Positions 1 to 9,881 of a stretch of 59,332 bases of DNA are shown piece after piece; positions within the stretch are counted from its first letter, which is position 1; each line of letters begins with the position of its first letter. Under the pieces are notes generated by a model. The model worked only from the letters and a program-made list of their open reading frames with translations, did no database searches and was not told the origin of the DNA. The DNA is from a virus. Taxonomy: Duplodnaviria > Caudoviricetes. The stretch lies in IMG/VR virus record IMGVR_UViG_3300007522_000023, positions 1 to 59,332 of that record; one strand, given 5' to 3'. Both the position numbers and the translations under genes were made by a program.

Positions 1-968
1 CTATAATCGAAATAATCCCATATTTTAGCAATACATGAATTAGATAAATATCGGTCATATAGTATATATTCAGCTATATCCCAAGAACCATTTAAGATTG
101 TTGTGTCATTACCAATATTTGGAAAACTAGGACCTTTTTGTCCTGCAATAAACCAATTTGGGTTAGTTGGATAATTCACACCGTACTTAACACCACTACC
201 AGAACCATTATTACAACCATTGGCAAAAGTAAACCCACTATTACCAGCAAACTCATTTTCATTATATATATTTGCTTGAATAGTGTTACCGCTTACTCTA
301 ACAGTTAATCTCAACCACTTAGTCCAATCCGAAACAGCTAAACTTAATGAATTACCAGAACCAAGACCTGGGTCACAATTCGGACCAGTAGCTAAATTAT
401 CGTAATACCAAATCCTTAAAGAATTGGAGCTCGTTCTAAAATCAATACCCCAACCATCTCTTCTATTACCACTGGTATCATTCCCATTTTGGAATAAAAC
501 AACATTAGCTCCTTGGTCATTGTCTGGATAAGTTGTTGAATTTGGGTTAATTTGTCTACTTCTAAAAATTGTTGAAAATGAAAACTCCGTTAATTTTGAG
601 TAGGATGCATCATATGGAATATTTAAAAAATTAGCAGTATTATTACCAAAACTTTTCCTATCAAAACTAATAAATGGATGTAAATTTGAAGTTGTGTCAC
701 CAGTCCAATAATCAGGCCAATACTCAGGGTTGTTAACCGCTTCAGCACTATTTTCAAGTGTCGCTTGATTACCAAATCGGGATTGCCCACCCCAAGTTGT
801 TAAACAGCTTAAACATGGCGCTTGGGATGCGGTTGCACCACTTGATAAAACACCTCGCCTAGCCGTCATCCAAATTACTTGTTCAACACCGCATATTTTG
901 GCTGGTAATTCAGTTTGACGAGTGGCACCAGTTTCACCACTCCGATATACATAGGGTGTATTAATCAT
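1..968 (-). CDS. Virion-associated LamG/concanavalin-A-like domain protein (3' end runs off the window; absent from the ORF track)
   Basis: Hand translation from ATG at 968: MINTPYVYRSGETGATRQ...WDIAEYILYDRYLS...WDYFDY, open to the window edge. DIAEYILYDRxLS resembles the C-terminal strand of LamG-like domains. Starts 7 nt after the stop of 975..3053. Confidence 0.7.
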   Translation of the reverse strand, partial: MINTPYVYRSGETGATRQTELPAKICGVEQVIWMTARRGVLSSGATASQAPCLSCLTTWGGQSRFGNQATLENSAEAVNNPEYWPDYWTGDTTSNLHPFISFDRKSFGNNTANFLNIPYDASYSKLTEFSFSTIFRSRQINPNSTTYPDNDQGANVVLFQNGNDTSGNRRDGWGIDFRTSSNSLRIWYYDNLATGPNCDPGLGSGNSLSLAVSDWTKWLRLTVRVSGNTIQANIYNENEFAGNSGFTFANGCNNGSGSGVKYGVNYPTNPNWFIAGQKGPSFPNIGNDTTILNGSWDIAEYILYDRYLSNSCIAKIWDYFDY

Positions 969-974
969 AATATT

Positions 975-3053
975 TTATTTAAAATCATAAGCTGCTAATC
1001 CGTAAAGAATTCCGTTATTATCTGATATGAAAGTCATAATATCCACAGCTCCAGTGTTAGTTGTTAATACTGGTGTTGTGCCACCCTCAAATTTAAAATT
1101 AGAACCCCAAGAATTTATTAAACCATTGTTTGAACCTTGTTTCACAATAATAGTATACGATGAACCATCTTTAACATTTATTGGGTTTGATAATGTGGTA
1201 TTACCAGTTAATGTTATTGTTTGTATATTACTATTATCAAAATTTAGTGTAAACGTGCTTCCAGTACCATTATTATATATTGGGTTATTTGATTGACCCA
1301 TAATCGTTATATTTGGTACATATACAGTATCGTCAGTTGCACCAGTTATATTTTGACCACCTAACACAACACTTCTGTGACCAGTTACTAATGAATTAGT
1401 TGAATGTATAAATGATGTTGTACCACTAGCAATTGAGCCAAAACCACCAGCGTGTGATGTAGAACCACTCGCTATTGTTAAAAAACCCTCAGCATGTGAA
1501 CGATTACCACTAGCTATTGTACTTTGACCTTCAGCATGTGAATTATCACCACTAGCTATTGTACCATACCCCTCAGCATGTGAAAAATCACCACTAGCTC
1601 TTGTACTACCACCTTCAGCATGTGATGTTTGACCACTTGCTATTGTATTTTCACCCTCAGCATGTGATGCATAACCACTTGATATTGTTAAAAAACCTTC
1701 AGCGTGTGAAAAATCACCACTAGCTATTGTCTGACTACCTTCAGCGTGTGACGTATGACCACTAGCTCTTGTACTTTGACCCTCAGCATGTGAATAATCA
1801 CCACTAGCTCTTGTACCAAAACCCTCAGCATGTGATGCATAACCACTAGCTATTGCTTCACTACCCTCAGCATGTGAATAATCACCACTAGCTCTTGTAC
1901 TACCACCTTCAGCATGTGACGTATCACCACTAGCTATTGTACTATCACCCTCAGCATGTGATGCATAACCACTAGCTATTGCTTCACTACCCTCAGCATG
2001 TGAATAATCACCACTAGCTCTTGTACTAATACCTTCAGCATGCGATACGAAACCACCAGCTATTGTACCATTACCCTCAGCATGTGATGTATGACCACTA
2101 GCTATTGTACTTTGACCCTCAGCATGTGATGCTGAACCACTTGCTCTTGTATTAACACCTTCAGCATGGGAATAATCACCACTAGCTCTTGTACTACCAC
2201 CTTCAGCATGTGATACGAAACCACCAGCTATTGTATTACTACCTTCAGCATGTGATGTATGACCACTAGCTATTGTACCATTACCCTCAGCATGCGAATT
2301 AAGATTACTAGCTATCGTCTGTTGACCTTCAGCATGTGAATATTGACCACCAGCTATTGTTAAAAAACCTTCAGCATGTGACGTATCACCACTAGCTACA
2401 GATAACCAACCCTCAACATGTGAATATTGACCACTAGCTATTGTCTGACTACCTTCAGCATGGGAATAATCACCACTAGCTCTTGTACTACCACCTTCAG
2501 CATGTGATACGAAACCACCAGCTATTGTATTACTACCTTCAGCATGTGATGTTTGACCACTAGCTATTGTCTGACTACCTTCAGCATGTGAACGACTACC
2601 ACTAGCTATTGTACTTTGACCTTCAGCATGTGAACGACTACCACTAGCTATCGTCAGTTGACCTTCAGCGTGTGATGTAGCACCACTTGCTATTGTCTGC
2701 AGACCCTCAGCATGTGAATTAAGACCACTAGCTAAAGTATTAAAACCTTGAGCATATGAATAATTCCCAGTAGCATTTGTTGTTGAATCATTAATTACTT
2801 TAACTGAAAAATTACCAGTAGAACCACTAGTAAAATAGTTTGGAATAATAGGTAATTCTGGTAAATCCACATTAAATGTTTGACCATTTATTTTAGTTAA
2901 AATTAAACTACTACCAACAGTCGTACCAGTAGATATACTTAAACCCTTTAAATATAAAAAATTATTATCAACATCATCTTGACTCAAAACACTACCTTTA
3001 GTTAAATCACCATATGGGCTATTAACAGTTCTTAAATTTAAAAAATTATTCAT
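975..3053 (-). CDS. Tail fibre/adhesin-like protein with a long 14-aa SHAEG beta-roll repeat (YadA/Hep-Hag-like)
   Basis: 31 SH[AV][EG]G units at 14-aa spacing; C-terminal 'TLTGNTTLSNP..G.SYTIIVKQ..W...F.F.GG..P..T....VDI.TF' module typical of phage fibre tips. Confidence 0.8.
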   Translation of the reverse strand: MNNFLNLRTVNSPYGDLTKGSVLSQDDVDNNFLYLKGLSISTGTTVGSSLILTKINGQTFNVDLPELPIIPNYFTSGSTGNFSVKVINDSTTNATGNYSYAQGFNTLASGLNSHAEGLQTIASGATSHAEGQLTIASGSRSHAEGQSTIASGSRSHAEGSQTIASGQTSHAEGSNTIAGGFVSHAEGGSTRASGDYSHAEGSQTIASGQYSHVEGWLSVASGDTSHAEGFLTIAGGQYSHAEGQQTIASNLNSHAEGNGTIASGHTSHAEGSNTIAGGFVSHAEGGSTRASGDYSHAEGVNTRASGSASHAEGQSTIASGHTSHAEGNGTIAGGFVSHAEGISTRASGDYSHAEGSEAIASGYASHAEGDSTIASGDTSHAEGGSTRASGDYSHAEGSEAIASGYASHAEGFGTRASGDYSHAEGQSTRASGHTSHAEGSQTIASGDFSHAEGFLTISSGYASHAEGENTIASGQTSHAEGGSTRASGDFSHAEGYGTIASGDNSHAEGQSTIASGNRSHAEGFLTIASGSTSHAGGFGSIASGTTSFIHSTNSLVTGHRSVVLGGQNITGATDDTVYVPNITIMGQSNNPIYNNGTGSTFTLNFDNSNIQTITLTGNTTLSNPINVKDGSSYTIIVKQGSNNGLINSWGSNFKFEGGTTPVLTTNTGAVDIMTFISDNNGILYGLAAYDFK
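1450..2765 (-). repeat. Coding tandem repeat, 42-nt unit (xxT[IR]A[SG]GxxSHAEG), about 32 units
   Basis: Directly visible in DNA (cc[ct]tcagcatgtga...ccactagct) and in protein. Confidence 0.95.
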
Positions 3054-3063
3054 ATTTGTTTTC

Positions 3064-3077
3064 TTTATTATAAATAT
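3064..3077 (-). promoter_or_regulatory. Putative phage late promoter ATATTTATAATAAA
   Basis: Same 14-mer occurs at 7941, 7969 and 47919; starts 24 nt upstream of the ATG at 3053. Confidence 0.65.
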
Positions 3078-3088
3078 GTCATATTATG

Positions 3089-4828
3089 TTAACAGTGATT
3101 ATAATTTGAAATATTAATCCCATATCTTAAAGAATCAGAATTAAAATTATTCTCAATATCACAAAAATTTAAATCACAAATATTAAATTTGAATTGTGAA
3201 ATGCCACCTATAAATGTTCCAGCAAAGTTTTCCTCAATAGGTAAACCTCTATCATCCATATCCAACCCATCAAATGTTTGACTTTCTAATAAACCTTGAG
3301 AACCACCACCCAAACTTAAATTAAATGGTACACCAACTTGCTTCATATGATTATCGTTAAGTCTTCTAGCAACTAATTCATCTACATCATAAAATACTGC
3401 TTTTAGTTTAGCGTTTACATAAAACATTAATTTACCTTTTCTACGTTCACTATTTTTTAATTCACAATTATCATAATATTCCGTTACAAATCTAACTACG
3501 ACATATTGCCATTCATCTTTAGATATAATATTTGTTGATGAATACTGTTCCTCTATCGTGGTACCACTAATATATTTTCTCTCACCAGTTACAGCTGTAT
3601 AGCAATGACCAGTTACGGTTAAAAGTCTATAACCAATACTACCATCATCTTTAATTCTAAACGCCAATGCATTATCAATTATGTCTAAATTATAATCCAA
3701 AGTATCTTGGTCTTTAGTAAAACCAGTAAAATTTCTAACAGTTTTATTACTAGTATTAGTACTAGAACCACCACAACTAGAACCAGACACTGCCCTTCCA
3801 TAAATTAAAAATGGGTTGGTTGTATTTGTCACCTCTTGAGAATGTGTTACAATAACTTTAGGTTTTCCATCCCAAGAATTAGCAGTTTCGTTACTAGTAT
3901 TAGTACTAGAACCACCACAACTAGAACCAGATACCGCCCTTCCATAAATTAAAAATGGGTTTGTGATTAAGTCAATATTAATAAGAGGCGGATTTAATGG
4001 TATTCCAACACCATAAGCACCAGCTAAAATAACGTCAGTCTCTTTAGGTAATGTACACCACGGACTCAAATTATCAGTACAACCAGAAGGCACGGTACAA
4101 TCAATTGTACATCCACTATCTACCCCATCAAATGTATTCCAAAATTTATTTTCAGCCCTAGTACCCATATAAAAGAATATTCCTTTATTATTTGGGTAAG
4201 TATCATTTAATGTTGTTGCTGTATAACCAACACAACCAGCACTTGAAGGATTTAACCAAAACTCAGCACTCCATGCTTGCTGAACTCTAGTCGGTAAAAC
4301 TTCATAAGAATTACCATCTAATTTGTAAAATCCTTGATAAAAACCACCACATAATTGTGCATAAGCACCAGTGAAACCAGTCATTATATCTATTGGGTAA
4401 ATATATTCTCCAGTAGTTCCAGTGACCCTATTCAACATTAATCTAGTATCACCAGATGATATAAGCATAGTAGTACCAGTCAATACTGATAATAACGCTA
4501 AATTTGATGTATCACCAGTTGTTTTATTAAAAGTATATAACCCATTATCAATTCCAGTAAGACCTATTGTTGTACCAGTATAACCAGTATTAATTGCACC
4601 ATTCCAACTAACTAAACTATGAATAGAAGTAGCTGAAAATGGTTGTGTATTATCGTAAATATTTGAATTATTAAAATCATAAAAAGTAACGAAACAATCA
4701 CCAGATGTAACACCAGCACAAGATAACGTTTTACCACCATCATCTGCTGCTAAATAAAAATCCCAATAATCGTTATTTGATAATCTTAAATCTACTCTAC
4801 TATAATTATAATTTTTAATATTTCCCAT
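3089..4828 (-). CDS. Cys/Thr/Gly-rich virion structural protein with split LamG-like beta-sandwich
   Basis: W-S-A-E-F-W-L, W-Q-Y-V-V-V-R, K-L-M-F-Y-V-N and F-I-G-G-I-S-Q-F-K-F motifs resemble LamG strands; lies between fibre genes. Confidence 0.6.
   Translation of the reverse strand: MGNIKNYNYSRVDLRLSNNDYWDFYLAADDGGKTLSCAGVTSGDCFVTFYDFNNSNIYDNTQPFSATSIHSLVSWNGAINTGYTGTTIGLTGIDNGLYTFNKTTGDTSNLALLSVLTGTTMLISSGDTRLMLNRVTGTTGEYIYPIDIMTGFTGAYAQLCGGFYQGFYKLDGNSYEVLPTRVQQAWSAEFWLNPSSAGCVGYTATTLNDTYPNNKGIFFYMGTRAENKFWNTFDGVDSGCTIDCTVPSGCTDNLSPWCTLPKETDVILAGAYGVGIPLNPPLINIDLITNPFLIYGRAVSGSSCGGSSTNTSNETANSWDGKPKVIVTHSQEVTNTTNPFLIYGRAVSGSSCGGSSTNTSNKTVRNFTGFTKDQDTLDYNLDIIDNALAFRIKDDGSIGYRLLTVTGHCYTAVTGERKYISGTTIEEQYSSTNIISKDEWQYVVVRFVTEYYDNCELKNSERRKGKLMFYVNAKLKAVFYDVDELVARRLNDNHMKQVGVPFNLSLGGGSQGLLESQTFDGLDMDDRGLPIEENFAGTFIGGISQFKFNICDLNFCDIENNFNSDSLRYGINISNYNHC
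3747..3961 (-). repeat. 71-bp direct repeat (3747-3817 and 3891-3961, 2 mismatches) encoding NPFLIYGRAVSGSSCGGSSTNTSN twice
   Basis: Seen directly; period 144 nt, in frame. Confidence 0.95.
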
Positions 4829-7800
4829 TAGAAGTTCTCTAAATTAGTTCTTTTCCAACCACTTGTAGTTTTAATATACATGTAATCTTCATCTCTCGTT
4901 ATATTACCTTCACTACCATTTGAATCATTACTTGAAGTTGGTGTATATAAAGGAATTGTTAATGATTTAGCTTTAAAATCGTTATTGGTTACCCAATCAC
5001 CGTTTTCATCCGTTGTTAATTCAGAAGATTCACCATCACCCTTAGCATTAAGTACAGTAAGACCACCACCCAATGCTGATTCTTTTGTACCATTGTAATT
5101 TAAATCAATATTATTATCTTCAGCTAATATTGTTTGAGTTTTCAAATGAGTGTTGGTATTCGTTGTAAGACCACTAGATAATTCTTTAATAGCTTCAACT
5201 AAAAGTGCTGTAACATTATCATAATGAACACCCATAAATCTTTCTTCACTATTTTTATTAGTGAAAGTTAATTCTGGCACTACACTCTCAACTTCTTGAG
5301 CAATAAAACCAATACGTGTATCACCACTTGGAGATTCCAACCAATTATATTTAACGCCCCTTAACTGATTAACCTTATCCAAAGCACCCGTTAATGATGT
5401 TATGTTAGTTTTTAACCTTTCATCCGATGTACTTGTTGTCAATGTACCATCTGAAGTATAATGCAAAGCACCAGCCGAAGCCGCAGAACCAACCACCCTA
5501 AATCTACCGTTACCAGCAACATCTAACCTAACACTTGGTGTTTCAGTACCAAAACCAATAAAACCTTTAGTCGAACCAGTTCCTTGAATATGAAAATCAG
5601 CAGGAGAACCCGTATTAGCAGCTCTACCAGCGTACATTCTAATATAGTCAGCGCCACTACCTAATCCACCATTAGGTGAAATTAAATTTAGTCCATTAGA
5701 AACAATCCCAGCATAAATAAACATATCACCTTGATTACCATACCCAGGAAAAGATAAATCATCGTAAGCCCTAAGACCAATACTACCACCAGCCAAACCA
5801 GCTACAATATTAAGCATATTCAAACCACTCGCACCAGATAATTGCAATAACGCATTACTAGAAGCACTATTGTCAAAAGTTAATCCGCAATTAACACCTT
5901 TAACATCTAAAACATATTGTGGATTACTAGTATTAATACCTAACCTACTGGTGGTTCCACCAGTATTAATAACTAAATTTGGTACGTATACTGTATCGTC
6001 AGTTGCGCCAGTTATATTTTGACCACCTAACACAACACTTCTATCACCAGTAACTAACGAATTAGTTGAATGTATAAATGATGTAAAACCACTAGCAATT
6101 GAACCAAAACCAGCAGCGTGTGAATAATCACCACCAGCTATAGATAACCAACCTTCAGCATGTGATATATAACCACTAGCTCTTGTACTTCTACCTTCAG
6201 CGTGAGAAAAATTACCACTAGCAACTGTACTACCACCCTCAGCATGTGAATAATCACTACTAGCTATTGTATTATGACCCTCAGCGTGTGATACGAAACC
6301 ACTAGCTCTTGTACTTAAACCTTCAGCATGTGATGTATTACCACTAGCTCTTGTACTTTGACCCTCAGCGTGAGAAAAATTTCCAATAGCTCTTGTATTT
6401 TGACCCTCAGCGTGTGATGATATACCATCAATTGTGTTTAATTGACCAACAACAAATCCAAGTGTTGAACCAGCATTAATTATATTTCCACCTACTTTAG
6501 ATTTAATTGAATTACCAGCAGTACCACCAGTTGTGAATAAGATATTAGATGTTGTTCCAGTTATTTGGTTATCAACATATTGTTTATCAACAAGTGAACG
6601 ATTAACAAAATTAGCACTATAATCTTCAAAGTATTCAACTCCTTTAAATCCTGTATAACCTCTAATAACATAATCAGCATTACTACCACTACCATCTTGT
6701 AAAGTATGATAGAATCCATTACTTGAATACAATGTAATAGCACCATTATTATTAATTTCAATTTCACCATATCCAATATCGTCTGTTGCTGAAATTTTTA
6801 TTGCATCTGGATTAAACGTAAATCTTCTATCATCTAGACCATTTACACTTCTCATACCATACATACTAGAACTTTCTATCCAATTGTTACCAGTTGTATT
6901 GCCATTTACTAATACCTCTGCTAAATTAGAATTACCAGTTGCATTATCAACATATTGTTTGTCAACTAAACTTCTATTTGTGTAATTAGCACTATAATCT
7001 GCAAAGTATTCAGCTCCAGTAAATGTACCAAGCTCACCAGAAATACCAAAACCACCCGTTACAAAATTAATAGCACCATCAGTATTTTGAAAAGAAATAT
7101 TAGTTGGAGTTATATCTATATAAGATTCTTCATCATCAGTTTCATTTCTATTCAATAATCTTATGTAACCTGGGATTTGATTGAATAGTATTCTTTCATT
7201 TATTGTTTTACCACCTATTACTGATGTGTTAAATAATCCGTAACCATCATTTGGTGTAATAAAATTTGGACCAGTTGTATTGCCAGCGACTAATGTTTGT
7301 TCCAGTGTTGTACCACCAGAAGATGAACCGTTATAAATCCAAGCACCTTGACCTTCAGTATCTAAACACGTCCAAACATAATCCTTAGTCGCACCACTAG
7401 TAATTATAAGATTATTTGTTCTAGTTATACCAGAAACGTCTACCCATATTGTCCTACCAGTAAAATCTAACGTTGAAGCGGATAAAATATCCAAATTACT
7501 CGTAGACACTGTACCACTATAGGTACCACCACCTAAATCGACCATATTAACTAATTCTAATTCAAAACTAACACCACTATATGTTAAATTAACTATATTA
7601 CCATCAATGATTGTTGAAGATGAACCAATAAACCCTGTTGTTGATTGTGTTGATGCAGATGTTGTAGGTGTTATTGCTGATAAACTAGAAGCACCTAACT
7701 CCATTCTATTGTCGTACCAGTCATATACAGTCGTTGTACTATTACCAGAAAAAGTACTAGCTATTAATGTATAGTTTTCAGTAACGGCAGTAGTGGTTAA

Positions 7801-7929
7801 GTCTGGCCCCGTTGTTAATGCACTAAAAACAACACCAAATGATGTTGCACCAGATAAAACTGTTACAGTTTCTGGATATTGTTTTATTTGCCTATTACTT
7901 GAATAGTCTAGTTTTGTCTTAAAAGCCAT
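4828..7929 (-). CDS. Tail fibre with SHAEG repeats and peptidase S74 intramolecular chaperone domain
   Basis: SDERLKTNI...L..V.YNW...GFIAQEVESVVPEL...V.Y.....LLVEAIKEL is the S74 signature; RLGINTSNP and GFIGFGTETPSVRLDVAG fibre repeats; 8 SHAxG units. Confidence 0.85.
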   Translation of the reverse strand: MAFKTKLDYSSNRQIKQYPETVTVLSGATSFGVVFSALTTGPDLTTTAVTENYTLIASTFSGNSTTTVYDWYDNRMELGASSLSAITPTTSASTQSTTGFIGSSSTIIDGNIVNLTYSGVSFELELVNMVDLGGGTYSGTVSTSNLDILSASTLDFTGRTIWVDVSGITRTNNLIITSGATKDYVWTCLDTEGQGAWIYNGSSSGGTTLEQTLVAGNTTGPNFITPNDGYGLFNTSVIGGKTINERILFNQIPGYIRLLNRNETDDEESYIDITPTNISFQNTDGAINFVTGGFGISGELGTFTGAEYFADYSANYTNRSLVDKQYVDNATGNSNLAEVLVNGNTTGNNWIESSSMYGMRSVNGLDDRRFTFNPDAIKISATDDIGYGEIEINNNGAITLYSSNGFYHTLQDGSGSNADYVIRGYTGFKGVEYFEDYSANFVNRSLVDKQYVDNQITGTTSNILFTTGGTAGNSIKSKVGGNIINAGSTLGFVVGQLNTIDGISSHAEGQNTRAIGNFSHAEGQSTRASGNTSHAEGLSTRASGFVSHAEGHNTIASSDYSHAEGGSTVASGNFSHAEGRSTRASGYISHAEGWLSIAGGDYSHAAGFGSIASGFTSFIHSTNSLVTGDRSVVLGGQNITGATDDTVYVPNLVINTGGTTSRLGINTSNPQYVLDVKGVNCGLTFDNSASSNALLQLSGASGLNMLNIVAGLAGGSIGLRAYDDLSFPGYGNQGDMFIYAGIVSNGLNLISPNGGLGSGADYIRMYAGRAANTGSPADFHIQGTGSTKGFIGFGTETPSVRLDVAGNGRFRVVGSAASAGALHYTSDGTLTTSTSDERLKTNITSLTGALDKVNQLRGVKYNWLESPSGDTRIGFIAQEVESVVPELTFTNKNSEERFMGVHYDNVTALLVEAIKELSSGLTTNTNTHLKTQTILAEDNNIDLNYNGTKESALGGGLTVLNAKGDGESSELTTDENGDWVTNNDFKAKSLTIPLYTPTSSNDSNGSEGNITRDEDYMYIKTTSGWKRTNLENF

Positions 7930-7939
7930 AATTTATAGA

Positions 7940-7983
7940 TTTTATTATAAATATTCTACAATTGCGTTATATTTATAATAAAA
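7940..7983. promoter_or_regulatory. Back-to-back divergent putative late promoters forming a perfect 15-bp inverted repeat
   Basis: ttttattataaatat (7940-7954), 14-nt spacer, atatttataataaaa (7969-7983); each copy points to an ATG 23-25 nt away (7929 and 7992). Confidence 0.7.
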
Positions 7984-7991
7984 CACAATTT

Positions 7992-8438
7992 ATGCAAATA
8001 AATAAAAAACAATTAGATGAATTAGTTGGAGGTGATATCAATAGTAGTGGTAATCAAAGAAACGTCACTAATAATAGTGAAATAGAAACGGGTCCAGTAG
8101 ACAAACCTTACAACAATTATTCAAACTACAAAAAAGGTGTTTCAACTACTACCGATAAAGTATTTGGTCGATATGCACAAGATATTCCATGGTTTGCTAA
8201 TTATTTTGGTGGTTCCAGTGGTCATTTTTATGAAAATAAAATTATCACAAAAAGAAGTGTTGAAGAGAAGGTTGATGATTTAGTTAGAAGAAGTGATACG
8301 TTTGATGTTATAAATAATCCTGAATACCCAGCGAACAGTCTTAAAAAATTAATCAAAAATCTAAATTTATCTAAAAAGGATATTGATACGTTAAGAACAT
8401 ATTTAGATGATAAAGAAGAGCAGATAAAAAATATTTAA
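7992..8438 (+). CDS. Hypothetical protein, possibly head-associated (start revised from TTG 7962 to ATG 7992)
   Basis: ORF; ATG follows the promoter motif at the usual distance. Confidence 0.65.
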   Translation: MQINKKQLDELVGGDINSSGNQRNVTNNSEIETGPVDKPYNNYSNYKKGVSTTTDKVFGRYAQDIPWFANYFGGSSGHFYENKIITKRSVEEKVDDLVRRSDTFDVINNPEYPANSLKKLIKNLNLSKKDIDTLRTYLDDKEEQIKNI

Positions 8439-8885
8439 ATGAATAACAATATATATAAAAAAGGAATAACAACACCATCTGATATCGGTAATAAATCTCA
8501 TCAAGCTTATGCTATGGAATTATCTAGATTATCCAAAGCTAAAAATAAATGTGATGAAAATAATGATTGTGTTGAATTTAATGAAAAAGGTGGTCAAAAA
8601 AGACTTACTGAACTTTTAAATGTTGTTGAACAAGAAAGGGCTAACGATAAATTAAGACGTAAAACAGAAGCCGTCACTGCCACAAACAGTAAATTTAGAG
8701 ATGATGAAGACCCTACATCTGTTAGTGGTATACCTAGATTAGATAAAAAAAGTAACCACGAGGGTAGTAATAAAAATAAAATTATGTCAAATGAACAATC
8801 TATATCTGAAAATATTAATAAAGAAATTTCAGATATTAGATATTTAATAGAATACATGAATAACGATAAAAAACAAAAACTATAA
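8439..8885 (+). CDS. Hypothetical charged protein, possibly head-internal
   Basis: ORF abutting upstream stop; C-terminal ISENINKEISDIRYLIEY resembles the I-x-E plus short helix endings of the scaffold. Confidence 0.6.
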   Translation: MNNNIYKKGITTPSDIGNKSHQAYAMELSRLSKAKNKCDENNDCVEFNEKGGQKRLTELLNVVEQERANDKLRRKTEAVTATNSKFRDDEDPTSVSGIPRLDKKSNHEGSNKNKIMSNEQSISENINKEISDIRYLIEYMNNDKKQKL

Positions 8886-8888
8886 ATT

Positions 8889-9347
8889 ATGCCAACTCCT
8901 TATAACGGTACTCAGTCACCACTAGAATTTTATGCAATAAATGGTAATACATTATACCCCAACACTGGAAGAATATCAATTATCCAACAAACTAAAATTG
9001 GTACCACCAAATATAACTTCAACGGACCTTATAGGAATCCAGCAATAACTGGTAACCCAAATGACGCATACGGAGTAACAAATTCCAAAGCATTAGCTGA
9101 TTCAGTTACACCTTTCAATGGTAGAGGAACTGGAGATGGTATATCAAATGGTGTATATGCTGCAATTAAAAATTATACTGGTGGTAATACTGAGGATATC
9201 AATGGTGCGGCATCCATGCCTGGTTCTGGACGTGACCCACAAGTTACTCTAAATGCTGGTTTATGGGGATATGGACCAACACCAATAGCTGGTACTGATT
9301 ATACAAAACCTAACACTTCTGCTAATATAGGTCAAGTAATTATTTAA
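8889..9347 (+). CDS. Gly/Pro/Asn-rich hypothetical, probably structural
   Basis: ORF in the same operon; composition typical of small virion cement/decoration proteins. Confidence 0.6.
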   Translation: MPTPYNGTQSPLEFYAINGNTLYPNTGRISIIQQTKIGTTKYNFNGPYRNPAITGNPNDAYGVTNSKALADSVTPFNGRGTGDGISNGVYAAIKNYTGGNTEDINGAASMPGSGRDPQVTLNAGLWGYGPTPIAGTDYTKPNTSANIGQVII

Positions 9348-9356
9348 AAATAACAA

Positions 9357-9881
9357 ATGAAGCTTTACAATATATATCAAGAAGTTATATTAGAAGAGTC
9401 TAACAAGAAACTTCTGTTAACTGAAGACGTTACTGATAGTCAAATAATCGATGTTATTAAACAAAAAGTTAATGTTAATATCAGATATTTAGATGATGGT
9501 GAAAACACCCCAAGTAAAAGGTATATTCAAATATATGTTTTTGGTATGTTAGAAAATGGTTTTAACGCTGTTAGAGCTTACCAAATAAATGGTGGGTCTA
9601 AAACTGGTAAAAACTACGGTGAGTGGAAGATATTTAGATTGGATAGAATTATTAGTTTTTTACCTACAAAAATGAGGTGGTATAGACCAGTATCAGATTA
9701 TTCTAGTGATATTGATGTTTATAATCCAAATGGAGATATGAAAGGTAATTTTATAAAAGGTCAAAAAGTTAATACTTTTAAAAATATAAAAGCTAGAGTT
9801 AGTTTTGATGATAAACAACCTCAAGCAAATGATGCTGGTGAAGAACCAATTGATAATAAAGGAATAAATAACGAATTATAA
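9357..9881 (+). CDS. Stand-alone WYL-like domain protein
   Basis: V.I.Y...R.I..Y..G......VRAYQ..G.S......WKIFRLDRI matches the WYL pattern; no HTH or WCX domain is apparent. Confidence 0.7.
   Translation: MKLYNIYQEVILEESNKKLLLTEDVTDSQIIDVIKQKVNVNIRYLDDGENTPSKRYIQIYVFGMLENGFNAVRAYQINGGSKTGKNYGEWKIFRLDRIISFLPTKMRWYRPVSDYSSDIDVYNPNGDMKGNFIKGQKVNTFKNIKARVSFDDKQPQANDAGEEPIDNKGINNEL

Noticed and set aside
1450-2765. Regular 42-nt repeats as a possible CRISPR array
   Set aside because: Units are in-frame codons of a 692-aa ORF, vary at synonymous sites, have no unique spacers, and no cas genes are present.
3069-3076. Canonical T4 late promoter TATAAATA on the plus strand
   Set aside because: At each site checked, TATAAATA is antisense to the adjacent downstream gene; the sense motif is its reverse complement.
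1311-6123. The 147-bp repeat pair as a DGR template/variable repeat
   Set aside because: Differences are not adenine-specific, both copies are coding and internal, and no reverse transcriptase is in the window.
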